Notes under the pieces: generated by a model
Told to the model about the DNA's origin: nothing
What the model saw: only the letters and a program-made list of their open reading frames with translations
Database searches by the model: none
IMG/VR virus record: IMGVR_UViG_3300042347_000998
From: an uncultured virus (IMG/VR IMGVR_UViG_3300042347_000998)
Taxonomy: Duplodnaviria; Heunggongvirae; Uroviricota; Caudoviricetes
Length of the DNA stretch: 64,000 bases
Strand: one strand, 5' to 3'
Part shown: positions 55,519 to 64,000 of the stretch, one piece after another
How positions within the stretch are numbered: position 1 is the first letter of the stretch
Layout of the letters: every line of letters starts with the position of its first letter
Made by a program: the position numbers and the translations under genes

Positions 55519-56974
55519 TATTATTATTCAAAAAAAGAACGAAATATATTTAAAAGTAGAAACTGAACCCCATATACATCAGGAACTTTTTGACTATTTT
55601 ACTTTTGAAGTTCCTGGTGCAAAATTTATGCCTCAGTATAGAAGTAAGTATTGGGATGGAAAAATAAGACTCTACAGTAATCATACTGGTGAAATATATA
55701 TTGGTCTCTTAGACAAACTAGTCTCTTGGGCAAAACGTTATGAATACACAATAGAATTTAAAGATAATAAATTTTATGGTCTTCCATTTGAAGAAAACGA
55801 AATGGTTTCTTTGAGTGGTGTTTCCGATTATATGAATAAAATATCAAAGCACAAACCAAGAGATTATCAAATTGATGCTGTTTATGATGCTTTAAGATAC
55901 AATAGAAAACTTTTAATTTCTCCAACAGCATCTGGAAAATCTTTAATGATTTATACAATCGTAAGATATTTTGTAGATAATAATAAAAATATTTTATTAA
56001 TTGTTCCAACCACATCATTAGTTGAGCAAATGGTAAAAGATTTTGCAGACTATGGTTGGGATTCAGAAGAATATTGTCATAAAATTTATTCTGGAAAAGA
56101 AAAAAATACAGACAAACCAGTAGTAGTTACAACTTGGCAATCTATCTACAATCTCCAAAGGTCTTTTTATGAAAATTTTGATGTAGTAATTGGAGATGAA
56201 GCACATCAATTCAAATCAAAGTCTCTTGTGGGCATTATGACAAAGATGGATAATGCAAAATATAGATTTGGATTCACTGGAACTTTAGACGGGTCACAGA
56301 CCCATAAATGGGTGCTTGAGGGACTTTTTGGACCATCATACAAAGTCACACAAACAAAGGAACTTATTGAAAAAGGTCATCTTTCAAAACTACAGATTAA
56401 AATTTTATTATTAAAGCACAATTCTCAACAGTTTAATGAGTATGAAGAAGAAGTTCAATATATTATTGGACACGAAAAAAGAAACAATTTTATTAAAAAT
56501 CTTGTATTGGATTTAAAGGGAAATAGTCTTGTTCTTTTTAATAGAGTTGAATCTCACGGACAAATTCTTTATGAACTTATAAATAATTCTACTTCAAAGG
56601 ACAGAAAAGTATTTTTTGTTCACGGTGGAGTTGATACTGAAACAAGAGAAAAAATAAGAGAAATTACAGAAAAAGAAAGTAATGCAATTATTGTTGCATC
56701 TTATGGAACTTTCAGTACAGGAATTAATATTAAAAATCTACATAATGTAATTTTTGCTTCACCATCAAAATCTAGAATTCGTAACCTCCAATCAATTGGA
56801 AGAGTCCTAAGAAAGGGGGACAATAAAACAAAAGCAACCCTATATGATATTGCTGATGACGCAACATATAAATCAAAAAAGAACTATACTCTTAATCATT
56901 TAATTGAAAGAATTAAAATATACAATGAAGAAAAATTTAACTATGAAATTTTACAAATCAATTTTAAAAAATAA
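55511..56974 (+). CDS. uvsW: SF2 helicase UvsW
   Basis: SPTASGKS, GDEAH, FTGTL, QSIGRVLR. Confidence 0.95.
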   Translation: MTNIIIQKKNEIYLKVETEPHIHQELFDYFTFEVPGAKFMPQYRSKYWDGKIRLYSNHTGEIYIGLLDKLVSWAKRYEYTIEFKDNKFYGLPFEENEMVSLSGVSDYMNKISKHKPRDYQIDAVYDALRYNRKLLISPTASGKSLMIYTIVRYFVDNNKNILLIVPTTSLVEQMVKDFADYGWDSEEYCHKIYSGKEKNTDKPVVVTTWQSIYNLQRSFYENFDVVIGDEAHQFKSKSLVGIMTKMDNAKYRFGFTGTLDGSQTHKWVLEGLFGPSYKVTQTKELIEKGHLSKLQIKILLLKHNSQQFNEYEEEVQYIIGHEKRNNFIKNLVLDLKGNSLVLFNRVESHGQILYELINNSTSKDRKVFFVHGGVDTETREKIREITEKESNAIIVASYGTFSTGINIKNLHNVIFASPSKSRIRNLQSIGRVLRKGDNKTKATLYDIADDATYKSKKNYTLNHLIERIKIYNEEKFNYEILQINFKK

Positions 56975-57367
56975 ATGGAAGAGGAATTTTACGGTATTAT
57001 AAAATTAATTTCTGGTGAAGAAGTATTTGCAAAAGTCTGTCCTTTTGAAGAAGATGATGAAACACTTCTGATGTTAGATTGTCCTGTCACTATGGAAACA
57101 ATTGTAGTTCGTCATTTGGGAATGACTACAATTAAAGTAAGTCCTTGGATTAAAATGAGTGATGAAGATTTATTCATTGTAAATATGGATAAAATCCTAA
57201 CAGTTACAGAAGTGTCTGATAAGGATTTGATTAAAATGCATACAAAATATGTAAAAGATAAAAATAGAAAATCTAATAAAACAAAGTTATCAGAGAAAAT
57301 GGGATACTTATCAAGCATTGCTGATGCCAGAATATCTTTAGAGAAATTATATAAATCCAATAACTAA
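56975..57367 (+). CDS. conserved hypothetical protein
   Basis: IKLISGEEVFAKV motif; sits between uvsW and gp55. Confidence 0.8.
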   Translation: MEEEFYGIIKLISGEEVFAKVCPFEEDDETLLMLDCPVTMETIVVRHLGMTTIKVSPWIKMSDEDLFIVNMDKILTVTEVSDKDLIKMHTKYVKDKNRKSNKTKLSEKMGYLSSIADARISLEKLYKSNN

Positions 57368-57400
57368 AAGATATAATTTATCTTCAAACCCAACAGAGTG

Positions 57401-57451
57401 ATTCTAGTCATATTAAATTTATTTGTCAAGTCTTGGTTGATGTGCTAAAAT
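57401..57451. promoter_or_regulatory. overlapping divergent sigma70-type promoters
   Basis: Minus strand TTGACA-17-TAGAAT (57429 to 57401); plus strand TTGTCA-17-TAAAAT with TG extension (57423-57451). Confidence 0.7.
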
Positions 57452-57463
57452 GATGAGTAATTA

Positions 57464-57961
57464 ATGGCAGTTTTACTTTCTCCTCTACAAATGAATAAAA
57501 TCAAAAAGAACCCACATTACGTAAATAATAAAGATTTTTATGATGCTTTAATTGTTTATAAAAACAAAGTTAAAAATGCAAAGGAATCTGGATCTCCTGT
57601 TCCACCAATTTCAAATTATCTTGGTGATTGTTTCCTTAAGATTGCTACACACTTATCATATCGTCCAAATTTTGTAAATTATATCTTTCGTGAGGATATG
57701 ATTAGTGATGGTGTTGAAAATTGTGTTCAATATATTAATAACTTTGATATAAACAGAACAAATCCATTTGCTTATTTTACTCAAATTGTATATTATGCTT
57801 TTTTGCGTCGTATTCAAAAAGAGAAAAAGCAAATGGAAATAAAGGAAAAAATTATAGAAAGAAGTGGATACGAGCAACTTTTTTATGTGGATGATGACTC
57901 ACCAAATTCTTCTGACTATAATACAATTAAAGAAAATATTCAAATGAAATCATATCAATGA
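57464..57961 (+). CDS. gp55: late transcription sigma factor gp55
   Basis: HYVNNKDF, FLKIATHLSYRPNF.NY, NPFAYFTQI.YYAFLRRI.KEK. Confidence 0.96.
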   Translation: MAVLLSPLQMNKIKKNPHYVNNKDFYDALIVYKNKVKNAKESGSPVPPISNYLGDCFLKIATHLSYRPNFVNYIFREDMISDGVENCVQYINNFDINRTNPFAYFTQIVYYAFLRRIQKEKKQMEIKEKIIERSGYEQLFYVDDDSPNSSDYNTIKENIQMKSYQ

Positions 57962-58998
57962 AAATTGGACTTATAACTGATACTCATTATAATTTTCGTA
58001 AAGCTAATAAGGCATTTCACGAATACTTTGAAAGATTTTATAATGATATATTTTTTCCAAACTTAAAGAAAAATAAAATTAAAACGGTTGTTCATCTTGG
58101 AGATGCCTTTGATAATCGTAAAGGAGTAGATTATTGGGCATTACAATGGGCAAAACGGAACGTATACGATAAGTTTGAACAACTTGGAATCACTGTATAC
58201 AGTATTGTTGGAAATCACGATGCATATTATAAAAATACTAATGAAGTAAATGCAATTGATGTTTTATTAAACGAGTACTCAAACATTGTAAAAATATCAA
58301 GTCCAACTGAAATTTTTATTGATGACACTGAATGTGTTTTTTTGCCCTGGATTTGCACTGACAATGAGAAGGACACATTCTCACTATTAGAAGAATCAAC
58401 TGCAAAAATTGTATTTGGTCACCTTGAACTGTCTGGATTTTCTGTTTATCCTGGACACGTTCAGGAAAACGGACTGAATAAAAATGTATTCAAAAAGTTT
58501 GATAGAGTTTTTTCTGGGCACTATCATACTTCCAGTAATGATGGCAAGATTTTTTATCTTGGGAATCCATATCAAATGTTTTGGTGTGATGTAAACGATA
58601 AAAGGGGATTTCATATTTTTGATACTGATGATTATGCATTAGAAAAAATTGAAAATCCTTACACTATGTTTGAAAAAGTTTATTATGATGACGATAGTGA
58701 GGATATTGATTTTTCCTCACTATCAAACAAGATGATTAAACTTTTTGTACAGAAAAAAGAAAATCATTTAAAGTTTGATAAGTTTGTAAGTCAAATTGTA
58801 AATGTAAATCCATTAGAATTTAAAATTGTTGAGAATTTTGATGTTTATGATGATGATGTGAATTCTGATGAATTTTGTACGGAAGATACACTTAGTATTC
58901 TGGATAAATACGTTGAAGAGTCTGAATTTAATTTAAATAAAACAGTCATCAAAAATCTTTTAAGAGATGTTTACAAAGAAGCATTAGAGATAGAGTAA
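57958..58998 (+). CDS. gp47: recombination endonuclease subunit gp47 (SbcD/Mre11-like)
   Basis: ITDTH, HLGD.FD, VGNHD, FGHLE, SGHYH. Confidence 0.95.
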   Translation: MKIGLITDTHYNFRKANKAFHEYFERFYNDIFFPNLKKNKIKTVVHLGDAFDNRKGVDYWALQWAKRNVYDKFEQLGITVYSIVGNHDAYYKNTNEVNAIDVLLNEYSNIVKISSPTEIFIDDTECVFLPWICTDNEKDTFSLLEESTAKIVFGHLELSGFSVYPGHVQENGLNKNVFKKFDRVFSGHYHTSSNDGKIFYLGNPYQMFWCDVNDKRGFHIFDTDDYALEKIENPYTMFEKVYYDDDSEDIDFSSLSNKMIKLFVQKKENHLKFDKFVSQIVNVNPLEFKIVENFDVYDDDVNSDEFCTEDTLSILDKYVEESEFNLNKTVIKNLLRDVYKEALEIE

Positions 58999-59285
58999 TG
59001 TACATACTATCAATTAAAGAACAAGAAGATGAAGGTGCATATGCAGTAATGAATGAAGATGGTGATAAAACTTTGTATATATTTGAAGAAGAAGACGATG
59101 CAGAAAGATATGCTGGTCTCTTAGAAGCAGAAGACTATCCAGAGATGTCTGTGGTTGAAGTAGAAGACGAAGTAGCAATAAAAACCTGTGAAGTATATGG
59201 ATATAGTTATGCTATAATTACCCCTAATGACTTTGTAATACCCCCACGAGATTATGATTCTGTTCAAGAAAATTTCATATCGTAA
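58998..59285 (+). CDS. conserved acidic hypothetical protein
   Basis: FEEEDDAERYAGLLEAEDYP...VIPP; between gp47 and gp46. Confidence 0.8.
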   Translation: MYILSIKEQEDEGAYAVMNEDGDKTLYIFEEEDDAERYAGLLEAEDYPEMSVVEVEDEVAIKTCEVYGYSYAIITPNDFVIPPRDYDSVQENFIS

Positions 59286-60969
59286 TTTTTTATCATCTGG
59301 CAATCAACCAACACAAATTAATCTCTCAGAGAATCAAACAACATTAATTGTGGGGTCTAACGGGTCTGGGAAAAGTACCTTGTTGGATGCTTTGTGTTTT
59401 GTGTTATTTAATAAAGCATTTAGAAAAATTACGAAACCTCAACTCATAAACTCAACTAACACAAAGGATTGTTTAGTTGAGATTGAGTTTAGTATTGGAA
59501 CAAAGGAATATAAAGTAGTAAGAGGAATTAAACCAAATGTTTTTGAGATTTGGGTGGATGGAATCTTACAAAATCAGTCTTCTGCTACGGTAGACCAACA
59601 AAAACAATTGGAAGAAAGTATTCTTAAATTGAATTATAAGTCATTTACTCAAATTGTTATTTTGGGAAGTGCATCTTTTGTTCCTTTTATGCAACTTTCT
59701 GCTTCAACAAGAAGAGAAATTGTCGAAGATTTGTTGGACATAAAAATATTTTCCTCTATGAATTCTGTAATTAAAGATAAAATTCGTAAAATTAATGAAG
59801 AAATAAAGGACTCGTCTTTTCTTGAAAAGACAACAGAAGAAAAGATTGATATGCAAAAAGGTTTTATTGAAGAACTTGAAAATCGTGGAAATAATACTAT
59901 AGTTGCCAATAAAGAAAAAATTACCAATTTGGATAAAGAAATTGGTAATTATATGAAGGATAATTCTTCTATTGAAGAGAAAATTGAAAAACTTCAAAAA
60001 GAGCAGGAGGAAGTCATTGGTGCTGACGATAAATTAGAAAAACTAAACAACCTTAAGGGAAAAATCTCACAGAAAGTATCTGTCATTACTAAAGAGCATA
60101 AGTTCTTTAGTGAAAATACGGTCTGCCCCACTTGTACTCAGAATATAGAAGAAGAGTTTAGGTTAAATAGAATTACAGACGTTCAAAATAAAGCAAAGGA
60201 ACTCCAAAAGGGATTTCGTGAGATTGAAGATACAATTAAATTTGAGCAAGAACGAGAGCGTCAATTTGTTGTTCTTTCTAAGGAGATCACTAAACTTACA
60301 TATGAAATTTCTCAAAACAATACTCGGATCAGTTTCAATCAAAGACAAATCCGAGAACTTGAATATGAAATTCAAACTATTACCGACAAAAGTAAAAACA
60401 GAACTTCTGAGAGAGATGAATTAAAAAAGTTAGAAAAACAACTTATTGAAATAACGAAGAATAAAGTTAAACATAAAGAAAATATTTCTTATTATGATTT
60501 TTTGCATTTATTGATGAAAGATGGTGGAATTAAGGCAAAAATTATACAAAAATATTTGCCTTCTATGAATCAACTTATCAACAAATATTTGCAATTGATG
60601 GACTTTTACATCAATTTTACTTTTGATGAAGAATTTAAAGAAATAATCAAATCCCCAATTTATGAGGACTTTAGTTATGATTCCTTCAGTGAAGGAGAAA
60701 AGATGAGAATTAATCTTGCAATTTTGTTTACTTGGAGAGAAATTGCAAGACTTAAAAATTCTGTAAACACTAATCTTCTTATCTTAGATGAAGTCTTTGA
60801 TAGTTCTTTGGATTTTGCAGGAACTGATTACTTTACTAGAATTATTAAATTTATAATTAGTAATACTAATGTATTTGTCATATCACATAAGACAGATGAA
60901 TTAGTAGATAAATTTGACAAAGTAGTTAAATTTGAGAAAGTTAAAGGATTCAGTAAAATGGTTGACTGA
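59254..60969 (+). CDS. gp46: recombination endonuclease subunit gp46 (SbcC/Rad50-like)
   Basis: GSNGSGKST, zinc hook CPTC, FSEGEKMRI, LDEVFD, ISH. Confidence 0.96.
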   Translation: MILFKKISYRNFLSSGNQPTQINLSENQTTLIVGSNGSGKSTLLDALCFVLFNKAFRKITKPQLINSTNTKDCLVEIEFSIGTKEYKVVRGIKPNVFEIWVDGILQNQSSATVDQQKQLEESILKLNYKSFTQIVILGSASFVPFMQLSASTRREIVEDLLDIKIFSSMNSVIKDKIRKINEEIKDSSFLEKTTEEKIDMQKGFIEELENRGNNTIVANKEKITNLDKEIGNYMKDNSSIEEKIEKLQKEQEEVIGADDKLEKLNNLKGKISQKVSVITKEHKFFSENTVCPTCTQNIEEEFRLNRITDVQNKAKELQKGFREIEDTIKFEQERERQFVVLSKEITKLTYEISQNNTRISFNQRQIRELEYEIQTITDKSKNRTSERDELKKLEKQLIEITKNKVKHKENISYYDFLHLLMKDGGIKAKIIQKYLPSMNQLINKYLQLMDFYINFTFDEEFKEIIKSPIYEDFSYDSFSEGEKMRINLAILFTWREIARLKNSVNTNLLILDEVFDSSLDFAGTDYFTRIIKFIISNTNVFVISHKTDELVDKFDKVVKFEKVKGFSKMVD

Positions 60970-60990
60970 CTTTTGGTTCTTTGGTATGAT
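60962..60990 (+). promoter_or_regulatory. sigma70-type promoter
   Basis: TTGACT-17 bp-TATGAT with TG extension. Confidence 0.7.
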
Positions 60991-61019
60991 TGATGAAGGT
61001 TACTATTGCTTTCTTTACT

Positions 61020-61415
61020 ATGTTTGGACCTGAGGACGAGAGAAATTTAAATGAGTTTACAATAAAACTTAATGAAAAAAATGGTTTAATTGACATCAAC
61101 AAAACTTCTGTGAATATGCCTGAAAATACAAATGCTAATGGTTTCTGGAAATATAATGAAGATAAAATCCTGAAACAACTTGAACAGTACATTGCCAGTA
61201 CTTATAGTCAGCACTATGTTGATAGAACTGGTGGTGGAACGGAACAAACACTAGACAAAATCAAACACAATCGTCGTGAAGGATTTTGTGCTGGTAATGT
61301 GACCAAGTATATTGACCGTTATGATACCAAAGGAACACCAAGAGCAGACTTGTTTAAAGTTTTGCATTATACTATTCTTTTGATTAATCATCTCAATCTC
61401 GTTGAAAACAAGTGA
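61020..61415 (+). CDS. DUF3310-like protein
   Basis: TYSQHY, GFCAGNVTKYIDRY..KG, DLFKVLHY; start placed after the promoter and uncertain. Confidence 0.7.
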   Translation: MFGPEDERNLNEFTIKLNEKNGLIDINKTSVNMPENTNANGFWKYNEDKILKQLEQYIASTYSQHYVDRTGGGTEQTLDKIKHNRREGFCAGNVTKYIDRYDTKGTPRADLFKVLHYTILLINHLNLVENK

Positions 61416-61432
61416 AATTTAAATCTCAAACT

Positions 61433-61453
61433 ATGAAACTTTCTGAAAAGACC
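61433..61453 (+). pseudogene. orphaned 5' end of gp45 (MKLSEKT)
   Basis: ATGAAACTTTCTGAAAAGACC versus the gp45 start ATGAAATTATCTGAACAAACT (MKLSEQT). Confidence 0.75.
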
Positions 61454-61498
61454 ACTAACATAAATATTTTTCTAAATACTATTAGATGAAAAATATTT

Positions 61499-61939
61499 AT
61501 GCCCAAAAACGAATATAAAGACAAAACTAAAAAAGAATATCAACAAGAATGGAAATCTCAAAATAGAGAAAGGCAAAGGCAACTACAAAGAGATCACTAC
61601 TACAAAAAAAAGGAATATTTGCTTGAAAACGTTGGGAGAGTATGTGTGTCCTGCGGATCAACCAAAAATATTGAATTTGATCATATTATGCCAAGAACTT
61701 CTTCCGAAAAAGAAAAACAAACAAAACTTAGAACTGGGAATACTAGTGGTAATATAATTTGGAATAAAAGACCATCCTCCATGAGTTGGGAATGTATAAA
61801 AAAAGAAATTACAGATTTACAACCACTATGTAACGATTGCCATAGAAAAAAATCAAATGCTCAACTTTCCGCTGCTTGGGAACTTTTTTGCTCCTTATCA
61901 TTGGAAGAACAAACTAAACTTACCTATTTACAATATTAA
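61499..61939 (+). mobile_element. free-standing HNH homing endonuclease
   Basis: CVSCGS...EFDHIMP...LQPLCNDCHRKK; inserted between two versions of the gp45 start. Confidence 0.85.
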
Positions 61940-61942
61940 AAA

Positions 61943-62608
61943 ATGAAATTATCTGAACAAACTTTGGCAATTTTAAAAAATTTTTCTTCCATTAACCAAA
62001 GTATCCTTATCAAAAAAGGAAATAAATTGCGTAGTATTTCTGTGATGAAGAACATTCTTGCGGAAGCAGAAATTAAGGAAGAATTCCCAAAAAACTTTGC
62101 GATTTATGACCTTAACCAATTTCTAAATGGATTGGGACTACACCAAGACCCTGATCTTGACTTTGGGAATGATTCGCACGTTATTATTCGTGAAGGAAAA
62201 CGTCGAGTAAAATATTTCTTTGCTGACCCTGAAGTAATTGTCTCACCACCAGAAAAAGAAATTTCACTTCCTTCTGAAGATGTTTGTTTTCAACTAGAAC
62301 ATTCGCAACTTGATAAACTAATCAAAGCATCATCAGTTTATCAACTCCCAGATCTTTCTGCTGTTGGTGAATCAGGTGTAATCCGTTTGGTTGTTCGTGA
62401 TAAGAAGAATGATACTTCCAACGAGTACTCTATTGTAGTTGGTGAGACTGATAAAGAATTCACTTTTAACTTCAAGGTAGAAAACATTAAGATTATTCCT
62501 GGTTCTTATGATGTAGTTGTGTCAGAAAAACTTCTGTCTAAATTCACAAACGAACGTTATAATTTGACTTATTATATTGCTTTGGAACCTGACTCCAATT
62601 TTTCTTGA
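61943..62608 (+). CDS. gp45: sliding clamp gp45
   Basis: MKLS..T..ILKNFSSINQSI, FAIYDLNQFL, YYIALE. Confidence 0.96.
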   Translation: MKLSEQTLAILKNFSSINQSILIKKGNKLRSISVMKNILAEAEIKEEFPKNFAIYDLNQFLNGLGLHQDPDLDFGNDSHVIIREGKRRVKYFFADPEVIVSPPEKEISLPSEDVCFQLEHSQLDKLIKASSVYQLPDLSAVGESGVIRLVVRDKKNDTSNEYSIVVGETDKEFTFNFKVENIKIIPGSYDVVVSEKLLSKFTNERYNLTYYIALEPDSNFS

Positions 62609-62624
62609 TTTTTAATTTTATATT

Positions 62625-63164
62625 ATGAATATTTTTGTCGTCGATGAATGTCCTGTAATTTCTGCTGCGGCACTTCCTGATAAACACGTAGTTAAAATGC
62701 CCCTGGAGACCTGTCAGATGGTCTCTGTCATCTTCTCCAAGTGGTACTATAATTGGGGATACATTCCCAAAAAAGACGGTCTGCCGTACAGTACAGAGAA
62801 GGGTGCGTTCCGTAATCATCCTTGTACTCAATGGGCAGCAAAATCCCACGAAAACCTTGCTTGGTTGATTCGGCACGGATTTGCCCTTTGTAATGAGTAT
62901 CGGCATCGTTATGGTAAAGACCACGCTTGTATGAAAGGACTTGAAGTAGCAGAGAATATTTTTGCTACTAAAAGTGGAAAGGAAATTTCTATCTATAAAA
63001 ATGTGGTAGAATTCACAAGGGCAATGCCCGACGAATACAAATTTGATGAAAGTATTGATACCCCAACAGCATATCAAAAGTATGTTGCGTCTAAACCTTG
63101 GGTAAAGGACAATTACCTAAAAATTCCTGATAGAATGCCAAATTGGATTTATAATTATGCGTGA
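62625..63164 (+). CDS. pyrimidine-dimer DNA glycosylase (DenV)-like protein
   Basis: MNIF.....P..SA..LPDKHVVKMPLE.CQM, HPCTQWA, EY.HRYGK.H. Confidence 0.7.
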   Translation: MNIFVVDECPVISAAALPDKHVVKMPLETCQMVSVIFSKWYYNWGYIPKKDGLPYSTEKGAFRNHPCTQWAAKSHENLAWLIRHGFALCNEYRHRYGKDHACMKGLEVAENIFATKSGKEISIYKNVVEFTRAMPDEYKFDESIDTPTAYQKYVASKPWVKDNYLKIPDRMPNWIYNYA

Positions 63165-64000
63165 AGATTTTTTGTGGGTGGAAAAATGGCGACCAAAGAC
63201 AATTGAAGATTGTATTTTACCAGATAATATTAAGAAGACCTTTATTGATTTTCTAAATAAGGGTGAAATTCCAAATTTGCTTCTTGCTGGTCCTCCTGGT
63301 GTTGGTAAGACTACAGTAGCAAAGGCACTATGTAATGAGTTAGGAGTAGATTTTTATGTCATTAACGGATCTGACGAAGGACGTTTCCTGGATACTGTAC
63401 GAAACCAAGCAAAGAACTTTGCTTCGACCGTCTCACTTCAAGGAACTGGTAAACACAAAGTCATCATCATCGATGAGGCTGATAACACAGGCAACGACGT
63501 ACAACTCTTACTACGGGCGAATATTGAGGCATTTTATAGCAACTGCCGATTCATCTTCACCTGTAACTACAAGAACAAAATCATTGAACCCCTCCATTCC
63601 CGATGTGCTGTGGTCGAGTTCAGCATCAAAGGAAGAGAAAAGGCCCAGTTGGCAGGATCCTTCTTCAAGCGTCTTCAAAACATCTTGGATGAAGAGAGCA
63701 TCAAATATGATCCGAAAGTACTTGCCCAACTGATAAATTCTCATTTCCCTGATTGGAGGAGAATTCTTAATGAATGTCAGAGGTATTCTACTGGAGGAAA
63801 AATAGACTCTGGCATTCTTGTATCTTTTTCGGACGTTACTGTAAATGAACTTGTTAAACATCTTAAAGAAAAAAATTTCTCAGAAGTCCGAAAGTGGGTG
63901 GTCTCCAACTTGGATAACGATTCTTCTATCATTCTTCGCAGGGTTTATGACTCTCTTTGCAGTGTTCTGCTTCCCCAATCTATTCCAGCTGCCGTTCTTA
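63157..64000 (+). CDS. gp44: clamp loader large subunit gp44 (partial; runs off the window)
   Basis: Read by hand: FLWVEKWRPKTIEDCILP, GPPGVGKTT, IIIDEAD, FIFTCNYKNKIIEPLHSRC. Confidence 0.95.
   Translation, partial: MREDFLWVEKWRPKTIEDCILPDNIKKTFIDFLNKGEIPNLLLAGPPGVGKTTVAKALCNELGVDFYVINGSDEGRFLDTVRNQAKNFASTVSLQGTGKHKVIIIDEADNTGNDVQLLLRANIEAFYSNCRFIFTCNYKNKIIEPLHSRCAVVEFSIKGREKAQLAGSFFKRLQNILDEESIKYDPKVLAQLINSHFPDWRRILNECQRYSTGGKIDSGILVSFSDVTVNELVKHLKEKNFSEVRKWVVSNLDNDSSIILRRVYDSLCSVLLPQSIPAAVL

Noticed and set aside
61454..61963. Group I intron or intein in gp45
   Set aside because: The insert is almost entirely the HNH ORF with no room for a ribozyme core, and gp45 has its own complete start downstream
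1..64000. tRNA, rRNA, photosynthesis genes or genetic-code reassignment
   Set aside because: None recognised by eye, and core genes translate intact with the standard code; tRNAscan and Infernal were not run

Overview
This window is 64 kb of a T4-like myovirus genome. The gene set and order point to a cyanophage (Kyanoviridae-like); no photosynthesis genes are present, so the host is inferred. Almost all genes are on the + strand. (1) 1-3673 holds small early-type hypothetical ORFs, separated by a repeated palindrome-plus-promoter element. (2) 3674-5052 is a highly structured, mostly non-coding region. It contains an AT-rich tract, divergent promoters, long perfect hairpins, a G-quadruplex motif, cyanobacterial-type DnaA boxes, 17 same-strand TTCGT pentamers, tandem promoter repeats and a hidden 53-aa gene. 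This is the best candidate for an undescribed origin or control system. (3) 5053-7764 holds a glycosyltransferase-like gene, speD and hypotheticals. (4) 7802-55085 is the virion module: gp25, gp6, giant baseplate and fibre proteins, gp8, a VrlC-like protein, gp13-gp23 and gp3. (5) 55090-64000 holds uvsY, uvsW, gp55, gp47, gp46, an HNH endonuclease inserted at the start of gp45, gp45, a DenV-like gene and partial gp44. Family assignments come from recognising motifs and synteny by eye; no database searches were run.
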